A stretch of DNA of 64,000 nt from an uncultured delta proteobacterium (GTDB taxonomy: Bacteria; Desulfobacterota; Syntrophia; Syntrophales; UBA2192). Both the position numbers and the translations under genes were made by a program. The notes under the pieces were generated by a model. It worked only from the letters and a program-made list of their open reading frames with translations, made no database searches and was not told the DNA's origin. Below, piece after piece: positions 20,237 to 32,495 of this stretch. Location: the NCBI GenBank assembly GCA_963705165.1, contig CAVPJD010000032.1, forward strand, positions 1 to 64,000, in the 5' to 3' direction. Numbering within the stretch: position 1 is the first letter of the stretch; every line of letters starts with the position of its first letter.

Positions 20237-21211
20237 ATGCCTCCGATCCTGCAAATCGAAAATCTCAGCACCCATTTCGAAACGGCCAGGGGCACTGTGC
20301 GGGCCGTTGACGGTGTGGACATTCGCCTCAACGAGGGCGACACTCTCGGCATCGCAGGCGAATCGGGCTGCGGCAAGACGGTCCTTGCCCTGTCCATCAT
20401 GCGGCTGATCCCCAGGCCGCCCGGGCGCATCGTCTCGGGGCGGATTCTCTTCGAGGGAACGGACCTCCTGGCGCTCACGGACGAAGAGATGCGCCGCATT
20501 CGGGGCAAGCGGGTCTCCATGATATTCCAGGAGCCCATGACGTCGCTCAACCCCGTCTTCCGCATCGGCGACCAGATCGCCGAGGCTTTCGAGCTTCACG
20601 AGGGGCTGACGGCCAAAGATGCCCGGGACCGTGCCGTGGAGATGCTCCGCCTCGTCGGGATTCCGGCGCCCGAGATGCGTGCCCGCGACTATCCCCACCA
20701 GATGAGCGGAGGGATGCGGCAGCGCGTGATGATCGCCATGGCCCTGTCGTGCAGGCCGAGGCTCATGCTTGCCGACGAACCCACAACGGCCCTTGACGTG
20801 ACGATCCAGGCGCAGATCCTCGATCTGATGCTGAAGCTCAAGCAGGAGGTCGGCACGTCGGTCATCCTGATCACGCACGACCTCGGGGTCATTGCCGAGG
20901 CCGCCCAGTATGCAGCCATCATGTACGCAGGGTGGGTAGTCGAGCACGGGCCCGTGGCGGCCATCTTTTCCTCACCGCTGCACCCCTACACGGCGGGGCT
21001 TATGAACTCCATCCCCCGGATCGGCTCGGGGCATTCCGGGCACCGCTACCTCAATGTCATCCCCGGGACGATTCCGGATCTGCTGGAGCTTCCGTCGGGA
21101 TGCAAGTTCCGGGACCGCTGTCCCCGCGTCATGCCCGTCTGCGCCGAGAAAAAACCGGAGCTTCTCGAAAAGACGCCGGGGCATTTTGTGAGATGTTGGT
21201 TATGGGCGTAA
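20237..21211 (+). CDS. Oligopeptide/dipeptide ABC ATPase (OppD/DppD-like)
   Basis: [26 protein letters not shown]-terminal Cys domain. Confidence 0.93.
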   Translation: MPPILQIENLSTHFETARGTVRAVDGVDIRLNEGDTLGIAGESGCGKTVLALSIMRLIPRPPGRIVSGRILFEGTDLLALTDEEMRRIRGKRVSMIFQEPMTSLNPVFRIGDQIAEAFELHEGLTAKDARDRAVEMLRLVGIPAPEMRARDYPHQMSGGMRQRVMIAMALSCRPRLMLADEPTTALDVTIQAQILDLMLKLKQEVGTSVILITHDLGVIAEAAQYAAIMYAGWVVEHGPVAAIFSSPLHPYTAGLMNSIPRIGSGHSGHRYLNVIPGTIPDLLELPSGCKFRDRCPRVMPVCAEKKPELLEKTPGHFVRCWLWA

Positions 21212-21482
21212 GGCTAAAGAAGTGACTGAGTGTCTGAGTGTCTAAGTGTCTGAGTGAAGAAAAAGAGGGAAGGGATTCGGGCTTCCGGCTTCGGGACCAG
21301 AAAATAGAAACAATGAGTCATTGCGAGCCGAGCCTCGCGAGGCGCGGCAATCTACGATTGAGAGAGATTGCGTCGTCGCTTTGCTCCTCGCAATGACCAA
21401 ATGGACTCATTGACCAGATGGACCGGAAAGACGGGACAGACCGGATAGACTGAACAGACGGAACAGACGAGAACAGACCCTC

Positions 21483-22451
<969 letters not shown>

Positions 22452-22521
22452 TCTTTTTCCCTTGCTTTTTCGATAATCCGTATCACATTATATCCATGCA
22501 AGTGATTTAAGGAGGTCCGCC

Positions 22522-23046
22522 ATGGCTTGCACGAGGTATCTTCTGCCGCTTCTGGCAGCGTTTATGATCCTCGTCGGGGGATGCGCGACCGGGACCGTCT
22601 ACCTGCCGTTGAATCAGCTTCCCACCGATGAAACCCTCCACAGTGACCTGGGGGCGCAAAAGTTCAACGCCGTGCGCTTCGTGACCGTCGGTCCCACCAC
22701 CAGCCAGAATATCGGTTACTTCCTCTACGGGGACAATGTTGAGGTCTCCATGTTGCCCGGTGTGCCCCTTGAGCGGATCAGCGGGAAGATGTCCCTGAGG
22801 GAAACCGTCGCCGACTATTTCAGCCTGTCGAAGTCCCTGGACAACAAGCGGATCAGCCCGCCCATCATACGGGAGGCGCTCAGAGACAAGGATGTCGTCG
22901 GATATTCGGTGGCGGACATGAACATGGGCATCGGCGTCTGGGATCGCCCCGGAGCCGGCGACACGTCGAAGATCGCTCTCGAGCTGGTCTTCGAGCCGGC
23001 GGAGAGCGCCAAGAAATCCCGTTCCGTCTTCGCCCCTTGCCGATGA
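22522..23046 (+). CDS. Putative lipoprotein, unknown function
   Basis: LVGGC lipobox-like; paralogous to the next gene. Confidence 0.75.
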   Translation: MACTRYLLPLLAAFMILVGGCATGTVYLPLNQLPTDETLHSDLGAQKFNAVRFVTVGPTTSQNIGYFLYGDNVEVSMLPGVPLERISGKMSLRETVADYFSLSKSLDNKRISPPIIREALRDKDVVGYSVADMNMGIGVWDRPGAGDTSKIALELVFEPAESAKKSRSVFAPCR

Positions 23047-23089
23047 AGGTGCGCAGACGGGGCGACATGCCGCAATAAGGAGAAAGCCT

Positions 23090-23635
23090 ATGAATTTTGC
23101 AAGAACAAAATACCGGTTCAGAGCGACGGCAGCGGCCATGGCTGTCATCACGATCGCCGTCATCGGCGCCTGCGCGTCGGGAAACATCCTGAATTGGAAC
23201 CAGGTCGACAGCGCCGCCATGATGAAAAGCGATGCGGGAATGCAGAAACTCAACACGGTCCGCTTTGAGACGTTCGGGCCCGATGCGGAGCAGCTGTTCG
23301 GTTACTTCCTGTACAAGGACGGTATCGAGGTGATCACCGGGGAAGGCATTCCGCAGAAGCGGCTCGGGAAGCTCACCCTCCGGGAAGTGATGGACGATTA
23401 CGCCAGAGTCGTCAGGGAAAGGCAATTCACGAGCGGAAGCAATCTGATTGTCCGGGAGGTTCTCCGGGGCGACCTCGTTGTCGGGTATACGGCCCACGAC
23501 CTCAACATGGACGTGCAGCTCTGGGACATCACGGCGGACAAGGACGCAAAAGTCGTCCTGCGGCTGGTGTACAGGGACTTGAGGAAGAAGGACGGCGGCG
23601 ACATGCGGCGGAACATGCATCCGGCGGGACGGTAG
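23090..23635 (+). CDS. Putative lipoprotein, unknown function
   Basis: VIGAC lipobox-like; shares QK.N.VRF.T.GP....GYFLY and VVGY with the previous gene. Confidence 0.75.
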   Translation: MNFARTKYRFRATAAAMAVITIAVIGACASGNILNWNQVDSAAMMKSDAGMQKLNTVRFETFGPDAEQLFGYFLYKDGIEVITGEGIPQKRLGKLTLREVMDDYARVVRERQFTSGSNLIVREVLRGDLVVGYTAHDLNMDVQLWDITADKDAKVVLRLVYRDLRKKDGGDMRRNMHPAGR

Positions 23636-23927
23636 CGCCGCGAAGCGGCAGTGAAGAAAAAGTGTCTGAGTGTCTGAGTGAAGAGGTAACAGCCGACAGC
23701 CAACAGCCAACAGCCAACAGCCAACAGCCTAACAGTCTGCTGTCGCGCTGTAGACTGTAGGCTGTCGGCTTCTTCTCACAGCTCCCTTGCCGCAAAGAAC
23801 GCCTCATGAACCGCCTCATAGGCCTATCGGCAACCGGTCTTCTGACCGTAACCCCTGATCTCCCTCTCCCCTCCGAGGGAGAGGGTCGGGGTGAGGGGGA
23901 ATGATCCCGCTTCCTCCAGTAATTTTG

Positions 23928-25933
23928 CTAAAGTTTTATGGCTTCAAAAAAAGCCTCATGAACCGCCTCGTAGGCTTTCCTTGCCTTCTTCGCGTCCCCG
24001 ACCACGACGACCTTTTCTGCAAGGCCTTTCAGCCTTCCCTCGAGCGGGTTCACCGGGACGGTCCCGCAGGCCATCACGACGGTGTCGCAGGGGATCAGCT
24101 CGCGGCCGTCCTTCTTGTCAACCCAGAGGCCCTGCGGCGTGATCTCCACTGCCCTGGTGTGCGTCATCACGCGGATGCCGTACTGCGAGAGATGACGAAG
24201 GGCGATCCAGCGCGTCGTCAATCCGATATCGCCTCCCGCCCGATCGAGCATCTCGACGATGGTGATCTTTCTTTACACCCCGGGTGGCGTATTCCCTCAA
24301 CCGGTCCGGTTCCTCCGCCTTTGCAAGGAACAGGAACTTCAGGGTCTCGGCGTCGATGGTGCCGATCTTGGCCAGGTACAGGGCCGTCTCGATGCCGACG
24401 GCGCCGCCGCCGATGACCACGACGTTGCTGCCCGTGACGGCTTTTCCTGCCAGAACGTCCCAGGCGTATTCCACGTTTTCGCTCTCTATGCCGGGGATGG
24501 GCGGGCAGAGCGGCTCGCCCCCCGTGGCGAGGATTATGACGTCGGGCTTTTCGGCCTTCACGAGATCCTCGTCAACCTCCACGCCTGCCATGATGAAGGC
24601 GCCCGCGGCCTTCGCCTGTTCGGCAAAGGGCCCCACGAAGGCGCCCATCTCGCAGCGTTCTTCGATGGCTGCGGAAAGGGGCATCTGGCCGCCGAGATAC
24701 GCTTCCTTCTCGTACAGGGTTACCTTGTGGCCGGCCTGCGCGGCCGTCCGCGCAGCCGACAGCCCCGCCGGGCCACCGCCGACGACCATGACCTTCTTCG
24801 GCTTTCGCCGCCTTCTGCACGGGCGGGACCTCGAACTCGCGCCCGGCCCTCGGATTCACGAGGCACTCGACAGGCTCCATGTTGAAAATCTTATCGAGGC
24901 AGCCCTGGTTGCAGCCGATGCAGGGGACGATCTCTTTTGCCCGTCCCGTCATGGCCTTCACGGGGAATTCGGGATCGGCCAGGAGCGCCCGCGCGAGACC
25001 GACGAGGTCGGCCCGCCCGTCGCGGATGATCTCTTCGGCAAGGCCGGGGTCGTTGATGCGGTTGCAGGCTACGACGGGCTTGGTGACGGCGGCCTTCACG
25101 CCGCTTGCAAGATGTACGAAGGCCCCCCTGGGCACGTCCATGGTGATCTGGGGCAGCAGGGTCTCGTGCCAGCCTCCCGTGATGCTGAAGGCGTCCACGC
25201 CGTGCTGCTCCAGCATGTAGGCAAACTGGGCGGCCTCCTTGTTGGTGTTGCCGCCTGCCATGAAATCATTTCCTGCGATGCGGAAAATCACGGTGTAGCC
25301 GGGCCCGACGGCCTCGCGGATCGCCCATGCCACCTCGATGCCGAAGCGCATCCGTTTGTCGGGGCTTCCGCCGTACTCGTCGGTCCGCTGGTTGGTCAGC
25401 GGCGAGAAGAACTCCGAGATCAGGTAGCCCGTCCCCGCCAGGACCTCGACGGCGTCAAAGCCTGCCTGTTTCGCCCTGCGGGCGGCCTGCGCGAAGTTTG
25501 AAATCGAATCCTGGATATTGTCGAGGGTCATTTCCCGGGGGACTTCCCGGGTGATGGCCGATGCAATCGGGGAGGGCGCAATGGGCTGCCGGCCGATCAT
25601 GCCGGAGCGGACGTAGCGGCCGCCGTGGAAGAGCTGGGCGGCAACGAACGTGTCGTGGCGGTGCACGGCGTCCGTGACCTTTTTCAGACCGGGGATGAAG
25701 CGGTCGTCGCTCAGGCCGATCATCTCCTTCATGCTGCAGGCGTACTCATCGACAGGGCAGCCCCCGACGAAGAGCAGTGCAGCGCCGCCGCGGGCGCGCT
25801 CCTCGTAGAAGGCCACGAGACGGTCCGTCACCTCGCTTTGGTCGTTGCAGTAGCCAAGATGCATGGCCGGCATGACGATGCGGTTCTTGAGGGTGAGCGA
25901 CCCGACCTTGATGGGCGAGAAAAGATGTTCCAT
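23928..25933 (-). CDS. NADH:flavin oxidoreductase / 2,4-dienoyl-CoA-reductase-like (two frameshifts)
   Basis: OYE barrel (LKNRIVMPAM, NQRTDEYGGS), CIGCNQGC cluster motif, GGGPAG and GGGAVG Rossmann motifs across three ORFs. Confidence 0.9.
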
Positions 25934-26319
25934 GACGGTTCCCCCTTTGTGTCAACCTTCATTTGCGTTGATTTTGTCATTGCGAGGAGGTACCGTCAGG
26001 CCGACGCGCGCAATCTGAATGCAAGATTGCTTCGCCTTCGGCTCCCAAGAAAAGCTCTTCTCGATTTCCCCGCCCTCGACGGGAGGGGATGAAGGGGAGG
26101 GTCGAATGGATTGTCAAGACCCCCTCACCCCTGCCCTCTCCCGCGAAGGGGAGAGGGTGTTTCTTCCATCGATGACCCCGTCCACAGGCGGGGTCCGTGG
26201 CTCGCAATGACAGCGTTTAAATTGCCGCATCGGCCAGGCGGCTTCCTCGCAATGACACAATCGGGGACTTTTTACGATGACGCCGAAATTTAACAAAAAT
26301 CGCCGGAAAAGCCCAACGA

Positions 26320-27693
26320 TTATTTCGACGGGGGAGGGGCGGGGTCGGTCTTCGCGGGGAAACTCCGGAACTCGCGCTTTGTCAGATACAGCGCGCCGAG
26401 AAAGAGGCACGCGTTGGCCATGGGCTGCGCCGCCCAGATTCCGGTGAGGCCGAACTGCATGGAGAAAAGGAGCAGAAGCGGGATGAGGAGCACGATGTCG
26501 CGAAGCAGCAGCAGCGACATGGAGATGACCCCTTTGCCGAGGCCGTTGAACATGCTGATCCAGGTGAAGTTGGCCCCCGCGAAGGGCAGCGACAGGGCGA
26601 AGATCCGAAGCGCCGGCACGGCGATGGCCAGCACCTCGGGGTCTTTCGTGAAGATGCCGATGAGCGGGCCGGCGAATACCTGCAGGAAGGCGCAGCTGAC
26701 GATGGTGAGGATCCCCGCGTATTTCACGGCCACGTTCACCGTCTCGATCAGCCGCCCGTAGAGCCGGGCGCCGAAGTTGAAGCCCACGAGCGGCATCACC
26801 CCGTGTCCGATCCCCACGAGCACCCAGATGATGAGCCCCTGGACGCGGAAGATGATGCCCAGCGTTGCCACCGCCGCCGGCCCGTAGGAGCCCAGGATGT
26901 GATTGTAGAAGGTGAGCACGATGCTGATCACGAAGTTCATGACCATCGAAGGAAAGCCGACCCGGTAGATGGCACGGATGACGGGGAGATTGGGTGCCAG
27001 GTGCTCCCTGCGGATTTGATAGGACGAGGTCGGCTTCATGAAAAGCCACAGGGACAGCACGCACGTGATAAACTGGGAAATGCCTGCGGCCCAGGCCGCC
27101 CCCCTGATTCCGAGCTCGGGGAAGGGCCCCCATCCGAAGATCAGGAAGGGGTCCAGGACGGCCCCGAGCAGCGCCGCCGTCGTGAGCGCGTACATGGAGT
27201 AGTTGGGGTTGCCCTCGGCGCGGAAGAGATTCCCCGCCGAGATCATGAAGATGAGAAAGGGGGTGGTGAAGAGGTAGACGATGAAGTACTCTCTGGAAAG
27301 CGGGAGGATGTCCTCCGTGGCGCCGAAGAGTTTCAGGATGGCGTCGTGGAAGATCAGCCCGGGCGCGATGACCACGGCGCTGATGAAGATCGACAGAAAG
27401 ATGATCTGCCCGGCCGTCTGGTTTGCTTTTTCGTTGTCGCCAGCGCCGAACATGCGCGCCGCGTAGGAACCGGCGCCCACGCCGGTTCCCACCCCGAACC
27501 CGCCGAAGAGCATCTGGATGGGGAAGGCGATAGTCACCGCGGCGATGGTCTGAGGGCCGAGCCGCGAGAGCCAGAAGATGTCGACAAAGTTGTAAAAAGC
27601 CATCACCAGCATGGCGGTGATGGATGGCAGGCTCATTTTCCAGAGAAGCGAACCCACGGGTTCGTTGCGCAGATCGAGCTGTGATTTTTTCAT
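26320..27693 (-). CDS. MATE family efflux transporter
   Basis: Multi-TM; FRAEGNP, LDPFLIFGWGPFPELGIRGAA, PLVGFNFGA. Confidence 0.92.
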   Translation of the reverse strand: MKKSQLDLRNEPVGSLLWKMSLPSITAMLVMAFYNFVDIFWLSRLGPQTIAAVTIAFPIQMLFGGFGVGTGVGAGSYAARMFGAGDNEKANQTAGQIIFLSIFISAVVIAPGLIFHDAILKLFGATEDILPLSREYFIVYLFTTPFLIFMISAGNLFRAEGNPNYSMYALTTAALLGAVLDPFLIFGWGPFPELGIRGAAWAAGISQFITCVLSLWLFMKPTSSYQIRREHLAPNLPVIRAIYRVGFPSMVMNFVISIVLTFYNHILGSYGPAAVATLGIIFRVQGLIIWVLVGIGHGVMPLVGFNFGARLYGRLIETVNVAVKYAGILTIVSCAFLQVFAGPLIGIFTKDPEVLAIAVPALRIFALSLPFAGANFTWISMFNGLGKGVISMSLLLLRDIVLLIPLLLLFSMQFGLTGIWAAQPMANACLFLGALYLTKREFRSFPAKTDPAPPPSK

Positions 27694-27949
27694 CGGGTAT
27701 TTGACGGCTCCGGCCAAAGCGGATATAACTGGCCTGCAAAAAAACTAACACGTCAACCCGCAAAAAGCAAACTGCCGCGAAGCGGCAGGGAAGAAGAAGG
27801 GACCAGGGACGAGGGTGTAGGGACCAGAAAATACAAAAGAGTCATTGCGAGCCGAGCCCCTAGCAAACCCCTTCCATAATCTCCCTCTCCCTTGAGGGGA
27901 GAGGGTTGGGGTGAGGGTGAAAAAAGGTACGGGGATCAGTCCCCCTCAC

Positions 27950-29245
27950 TGTGCAACCCGGATCATCGTTTACAGTTTAATCCGGGCACATGGTTTACAC
28001 TTTTTGAGGTCGATATTGGCTCCATTTCTTCACAGAGCGAGACCCTGCATGATACACGGCCAGCGGGACAGGACCAAAATGAATCGCCCAAAGGTCATGG
28101 TCGATCTGCCTCAGACCCACCGGCTCTCCGATCAGGGCTTCGCTCAGGAAGAGCATCTGGCCAGCCCACTTGATCTGCCCGTTGGAGCGGACCCGGCGGA
28201 CTTCAACGCCCGACCCATATTCAACCTCCGGCAGACGCTCCGGGAACCGTCGCTCCGATGCCCGGTAGCACTCCGCAGGCGTTTGCATTCCCAAGGACTC
28301 GTGCGGCCGCAGCTCGTTGTACTCGTGCCGGAACCGCTCCAAGGCCTTCTGCTGGGCCCGCAGCGTCGCTTTGGGCGGCTGCGCCACGGCTTCCTTGAGC
28401 GTTTTATGCATCCTCTCATGCCGAGCGTTTTCCTCGGGGTGACCCGGACGGATCCGCTCCGGCCAGATCCCGAGCCTCACCCACCAGACCGACAGTCTCG
28501 ACAATCCTCCCAAGCCCACACTGGCGAAGGGAGGCCCATTGTCGGTGCGGATCGCCCAGGGCAGACCGTACTCCCGGAACGCACGCTCGAACTCAGGCCG
28601 CACATGCTCATACCGGGTGCTTTCCAGCTCGTGGCAGCAAAGCAGATACCGGCTCACCCAGTCCGAGGCCGTCAGCGGGTCGATCCGGCAGCCGTCACCG
28701 GTCTTGAACCAGCCCTTGAAGTCCGCCGCCCAGATGTCGTTGGGGCTGACCCCCTCATGCCAGGGCCCCTCGTAGCCCGGCGTCTGTCGGCGAGCCCGGC
28801 GCCCCTGCGTCAAGCCGTGACGCTTCAGGATCTCTCCGGCCGTGCTCGTCGCCGGCCACCGTGGATCGGGAGTCTTCCTTCTTCAGCCGCGCCAGCAGCT
28901 TGCGCGGTCCCCACAGGGGATGGCGTTGACGCAAAGCGATAATCCGCGCTTCAATCGTGACAGGCGTCTGGTTGGGATGCTGCTTCGGGGCGCGGCTCCT
29001 CTCCAGAAGACCGGCTGGCCCATAGAGCGCGTAGCGCTCAAGCCACTTGTAGGCCGTGGGCCTGCTGATTCCATAGCAGCGGCAAAGCTCGCTCAAAGAA
29101 CTTTCTTGCCGCAAATGCTCTGCGACAAACTTGATTCGTTCATCCATGGCACAGGTCTCTTTCCAGGGCATCGGGATGTCCTCCTTGCCCTATGTTGTAA
29201 ACCATGTGCCCGGTCTAGTTTGTAAACTATGTACCCGGTTTGTAC
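27950..29245 (-). mobile_element. IS481-family insertion sequence (transposase 27995-29171, one frameshift)
   Basis: MPWKETCAMDER start, WAADFKG, RTDNGPPF, ENARHERMH DDE motifs; ends carry repeated CCGGG(C/T)ACAT(G/A)GTTTACA; (C)CTCAC duplicated on both sides. Confidence 0.93.
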
Positions 29246-29507
29246 CTCACCTCGGTCCTCTCCCTCGAGGGGAGAGGAAGATCAAGGTATAGGGTATTAA
29301 TAGGCGTGGCAATCTACGTTTGAGAAGGATTCTTCAGATTGCTTCGCTTTGCTCGCAATGACAATCAGGGAGTGATTGCGAGGAAGCCGGCAGTAATGAG
29401 CCGGCAGCCAACAGCCAAAAGCGAAAAGCCTGCAATGAATCTTTACTGTAGGCTGTCGGCTGTAGACTGTAGACTGTAGACTTCTTCGTAATACATAATT
29501 GAGATCA

Positions 29508-30422
29508 ATGGAAACTGAAAAGAAACATAACCTAATCGTCATCCTCGGGCCCACGGCGTCGGGCAAGACGCGACTTGCCGCTAGGCTTGCCGCCGCGATC
29601 GGGGCGGAACTTATTTCCGCCGATTCCCGCCAGGTCTACCGGGGAATGGACATCGGGACGGGAAAGGACCTCGGCGAGTATATCGTCGACGGCGTGCCCG
29701 TGCCCTATCACCTCATCGATGTCGCCGAGCCCGGCCACCTCTTCAGCGTATTCGAGTTCCAGCAGCGCTTCTACGAATGCTTTCGTGAGATCACGGCTCG
29801 CGGCAGGATGCCGATCGTCGTGGGCGGGACGGGCCTCTACATCGAGTCGATCCTGCGGGAGTACCGGATGCTTCCCGTACCGGAAAACGCAGCCCTGAGA
29901 GAGGAACTGAAAGGGCAGGGGATGGAGGAGTTGGCCGCGAGGCTTCTTCACCTGAACCCCGCCCTGCACAACACGACGGATCTCACCGGGAGAGAGCGCC
30001 TGGTCCGCGCCATCGAGATTGCCGAGCACACGTCAAAGCACGGATCGAAGGAAGTGATCGAGCGGCCGGACATCGTCCCCCTGGTGATCGGGGTCCGCTG
30101 GGATCGCGCGGTGCTGCGCGAGCGGATCACGAAGCGCCTGAAGGAGCGATTAGAGCAGGGCATGATCGAGGAGGTGCAGAGGCTTCACGATTCAGGCATC
30201 TCATGGGAGCGCCTGGACGAGATGGGCCTGGAGTACCGCTACGTGAGCCTCTACCTCCAGGGCAAACTTACCTTCGAAGAGATGTTCAAGACCCTGAACA
30301 TCCGAATCCACCAATTCGCCAAACGCCAGGACACCTGGTTCCGGGGCATGGAGCGCCGGGGGATCACGATCCGGTGGATCGAGGGAGCCGATGAGGCCGC
30401 ATTGCAGGAACTGGTATTATAA
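29508..30422 (+). CDS. miaA: tRNA dimethylallyltransferase
   Basis: GPTASGKT, SADSRQVYRGMDIGTGK, GGTGLY, FAKRQDTWFR. Confidence 0.95.
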   Translation: METEKKHNLIVILGPTASGKTRLAARLAAAIGAELISADSRQVYRGMDIGTGKDLGEYIVDGVPVPYHLIDVAEPGHLFSVFEFQQRFYECFREITARGRMPIVVGGTGLYIESILREYRMLPVPENAALREELKGQGMEELAARLLHLNPALHNTTDLTGRERLVRAIEIAEHTSKHGSKEVIERPDIVPLVIGVRWDRAVLRERITKRLKERLEQGMIEEVQRLHDSGISWERLDEMGLEYRYVSLYLQGKLTFEEMFKTLNIRIHQFAKRQDTWFRGMERRGITIRWIEGADEAALQELVL

Positions 30423-30768
30423 AAAGTGTCTTAGTGTCTAAGTGCCTGAGTGTCTGAGTGAAGAAGAGGGGACTAGGGACGAGGTTTTTCGGGACGAGGA
30501 AATTTAAAAACATGCGTCATTGCGAGTAAAGCGAAGCAATCTCAAATTTGGATTTATCGTACTCGTACTCCCCAAAAGAACCAGCAGAAGGAAGGGTCAT
30601 TGCGAGGAGGCCTTCAGGCCGACGCGGCATATCTCAGTATTTCCAATAACTTATGAGATTGCTTCGTCGCTTTCGCTCCTCGCAATGACATTATGATACA
30701 TTTATTTCGTTATTTTATCTCTTAAGTTACACATCATCCGTTTCATTCGCCTCAAGTTATCCACAGAT

Positions 30769-30956
30769 TGTCAGTTCTTTTTACAAATCCCCAAAATTTC
30801 ATAATAATGAATAAAATTGTGTATATAAGAGCAATCATTGAAGTGCTTTCCAGTATTGGTGTCGGTCCGCTTTACGAATGCAAGCAGCCGGAAAAGAATG
30901 ATAATCTGAATATTGTAATGATATCAGGGTGTTCGGAAAACGGTACGCAAGTTGCT
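30769..30956 (+). promoter_or_regulatory. Paired enhancer boxes plus sigma-54 promoter
   Basis: TGTCAGTTCTTTTTACA at 30769, TGTCGGTCCGCTTTACG at 30860, CGGTAC-N5-TTGCT at 30941. Confidence 0.7.
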
Positions 30957-31109
30957 CATGTGGGGATCGAGGATCTCCGTTCAAGTCGCCGAAAAATAGT
31001 ACTTTTGTATCAGGCGGATGAGGGAAAGGGAAGGTGGTCAGAGGACGGAACGCGTCTAGACGCGAGTTGAACCTTTTGACGATTTGTTGAAGGAGGGAGA
31101 AAACAAGCA

Positions 31110-32084
31110 ATGACAATATCAAGGGTAAAGTATGACAGGTTCAAGATCTCCATATTATTCATGGTATTCTGTTTATGCTTTGCGTTACCAATATTTGCCG
31201 AAGGAGCGGCTATAGGCGAAGGAACGACGAATCTGAATGTTTCTACTGACAGCAGTTCTTATTGGGGATGGTCTACGGTAAACCAATACTTTAATACAGA
31301 TTATGACAACTATCGAAATACCATGTGGGGTGGAGTCAACAACCCACCACCATATGGCACCATGTTTAAGGAAATCGGGTACAACGGCTACGGTCCCGGT
31401 TCTACTCATCGTATTTCGGAAATAAATGCTGATCCAAATAAAACATATAATCAGCCATTGCCATATGGCAGTAGCCTCAACTCACAGTTCTCGTCTGGAA
31501 GTAATCCTAGCGGATATGTCGCTACATCAACAAATACAGTTTTAGCGCAAATACCGAATCCTACCTACAGAGAGGCTTATACCGGCGGTCAGCAGTCTCT
31601 TGTCCTGTATTTTGATAAGGCTTCGACTTTCGATTTTTCATTTAATGCAACAACGAATTGGAAGAATCTATCAACACTCCTAAATTCAGATACTCACCGC
31701 TGGACATACGTAGGATGGGGCGTCAGCTTATACGGATTTTTTTATGACAGTCTGGATAATCAGGTTGGAGATGCAAACCTTCTTTATAACTATAACTTTA
31801 ATGGAAATCCCTGGCTGTTTGAAAAGGATTATGTTGAGAATATGCAGTGGGGTAGCTATGAGCTGACAGATACAACAGGCCAACAGACATTCTCTATCGA
31901 TCCTAGCCAATACGTACAGGGTGCAGTGCGTGGGCTTTATATGTTGTCTTTCAACGTATCCCAATTCGCTTATGAAATAAATTACGATCCGCAGCCGCCG
32001 ACAGCAGCAGCAGAACCCGCCACTCTGCTACTCCTGGGCTTCGGTGTTCTCGGGTTGGCAGGTGCGCGGCGATTCAGGAAATAA
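31110..32084 (+). CDS. PEP-CTERM-type surface protein (AEP variant)
   Basis: Signal peptide, N/Y/S-rich body, AAEPATLLLLGFGVLGLAGARRFRK; terminator at 32114-32144. Confidence 0.85.
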   Translation: MTISRVKYDRFKISILFMVFCLCFALPIFAEGAAIGEGTTNLNVSTDSSSYWGWSTVNQYFNTDYDNYRNTMWGGVNNPPPYGTMFKEIGYNGYGPGSTHRISEINADPNKTYNQPLPYGSSLNSQFSSGSNPSGYVATSTNTVLAQIPNPTYREAYTGGQQSLVLYFDKASTFDFSFNATTNWKNLSTLLNSDTHRWTYVGWGVSLYGFFYDSLDNQVGDANLLYNYNFNGNPWLFEKDYVENMQWGSYELTDTTGQQTFSIDPSQYVQGAVRGLYMLSFNVSQFAYEINYDPQPPTAAAEPATLLLLGFGVLGLAGARRFRK

Positions 32085-32241
32085 GGTCGGCTTTATAGCT
32101 TAGCGATATACAAAGAAGGCAGGGCCCAGTGCCCTGCCTTCTTTGTATTATGAGTTCAGGGCATAAATATTAAACAAATAGCAAAATAAATTGTATCCGT
32201 TGAACTGGCTGTTACCCTCGTGACAGTAATATTCCACAAAT

Positions 32242-32428
32242 CGTCGCTTTTCATTACAGTTTTCCGTTAAGGATAATATCGCATATAAACATATACATAG
32301 ACTCTTATGACCCGTCCTCGACCAGAATCATTGTCGGCCAACTTTACAGAAATGAATGAACTCAAGAGACGTCAAATATATATAAGTGAACAATATCGGT
32401 TACTTATATAAACGGTACGCAGTTTGCT
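32242..32428 (+). promoter_or_regulatory. Enhancer boxes plus sigma-54 promoter
   Basis: TGTCGGCCAACTTTACA at 32332, weaker site at 32242, CGGTAC-N5-TTGCT at 32413. Confidence 0.7.
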
Positions 32429-32495
32429 CATGCTATGCACAAGAAACACGTTAAATGCTGATTATATTTTAAAAGATAAGGAAGGAGGAGAGTTT

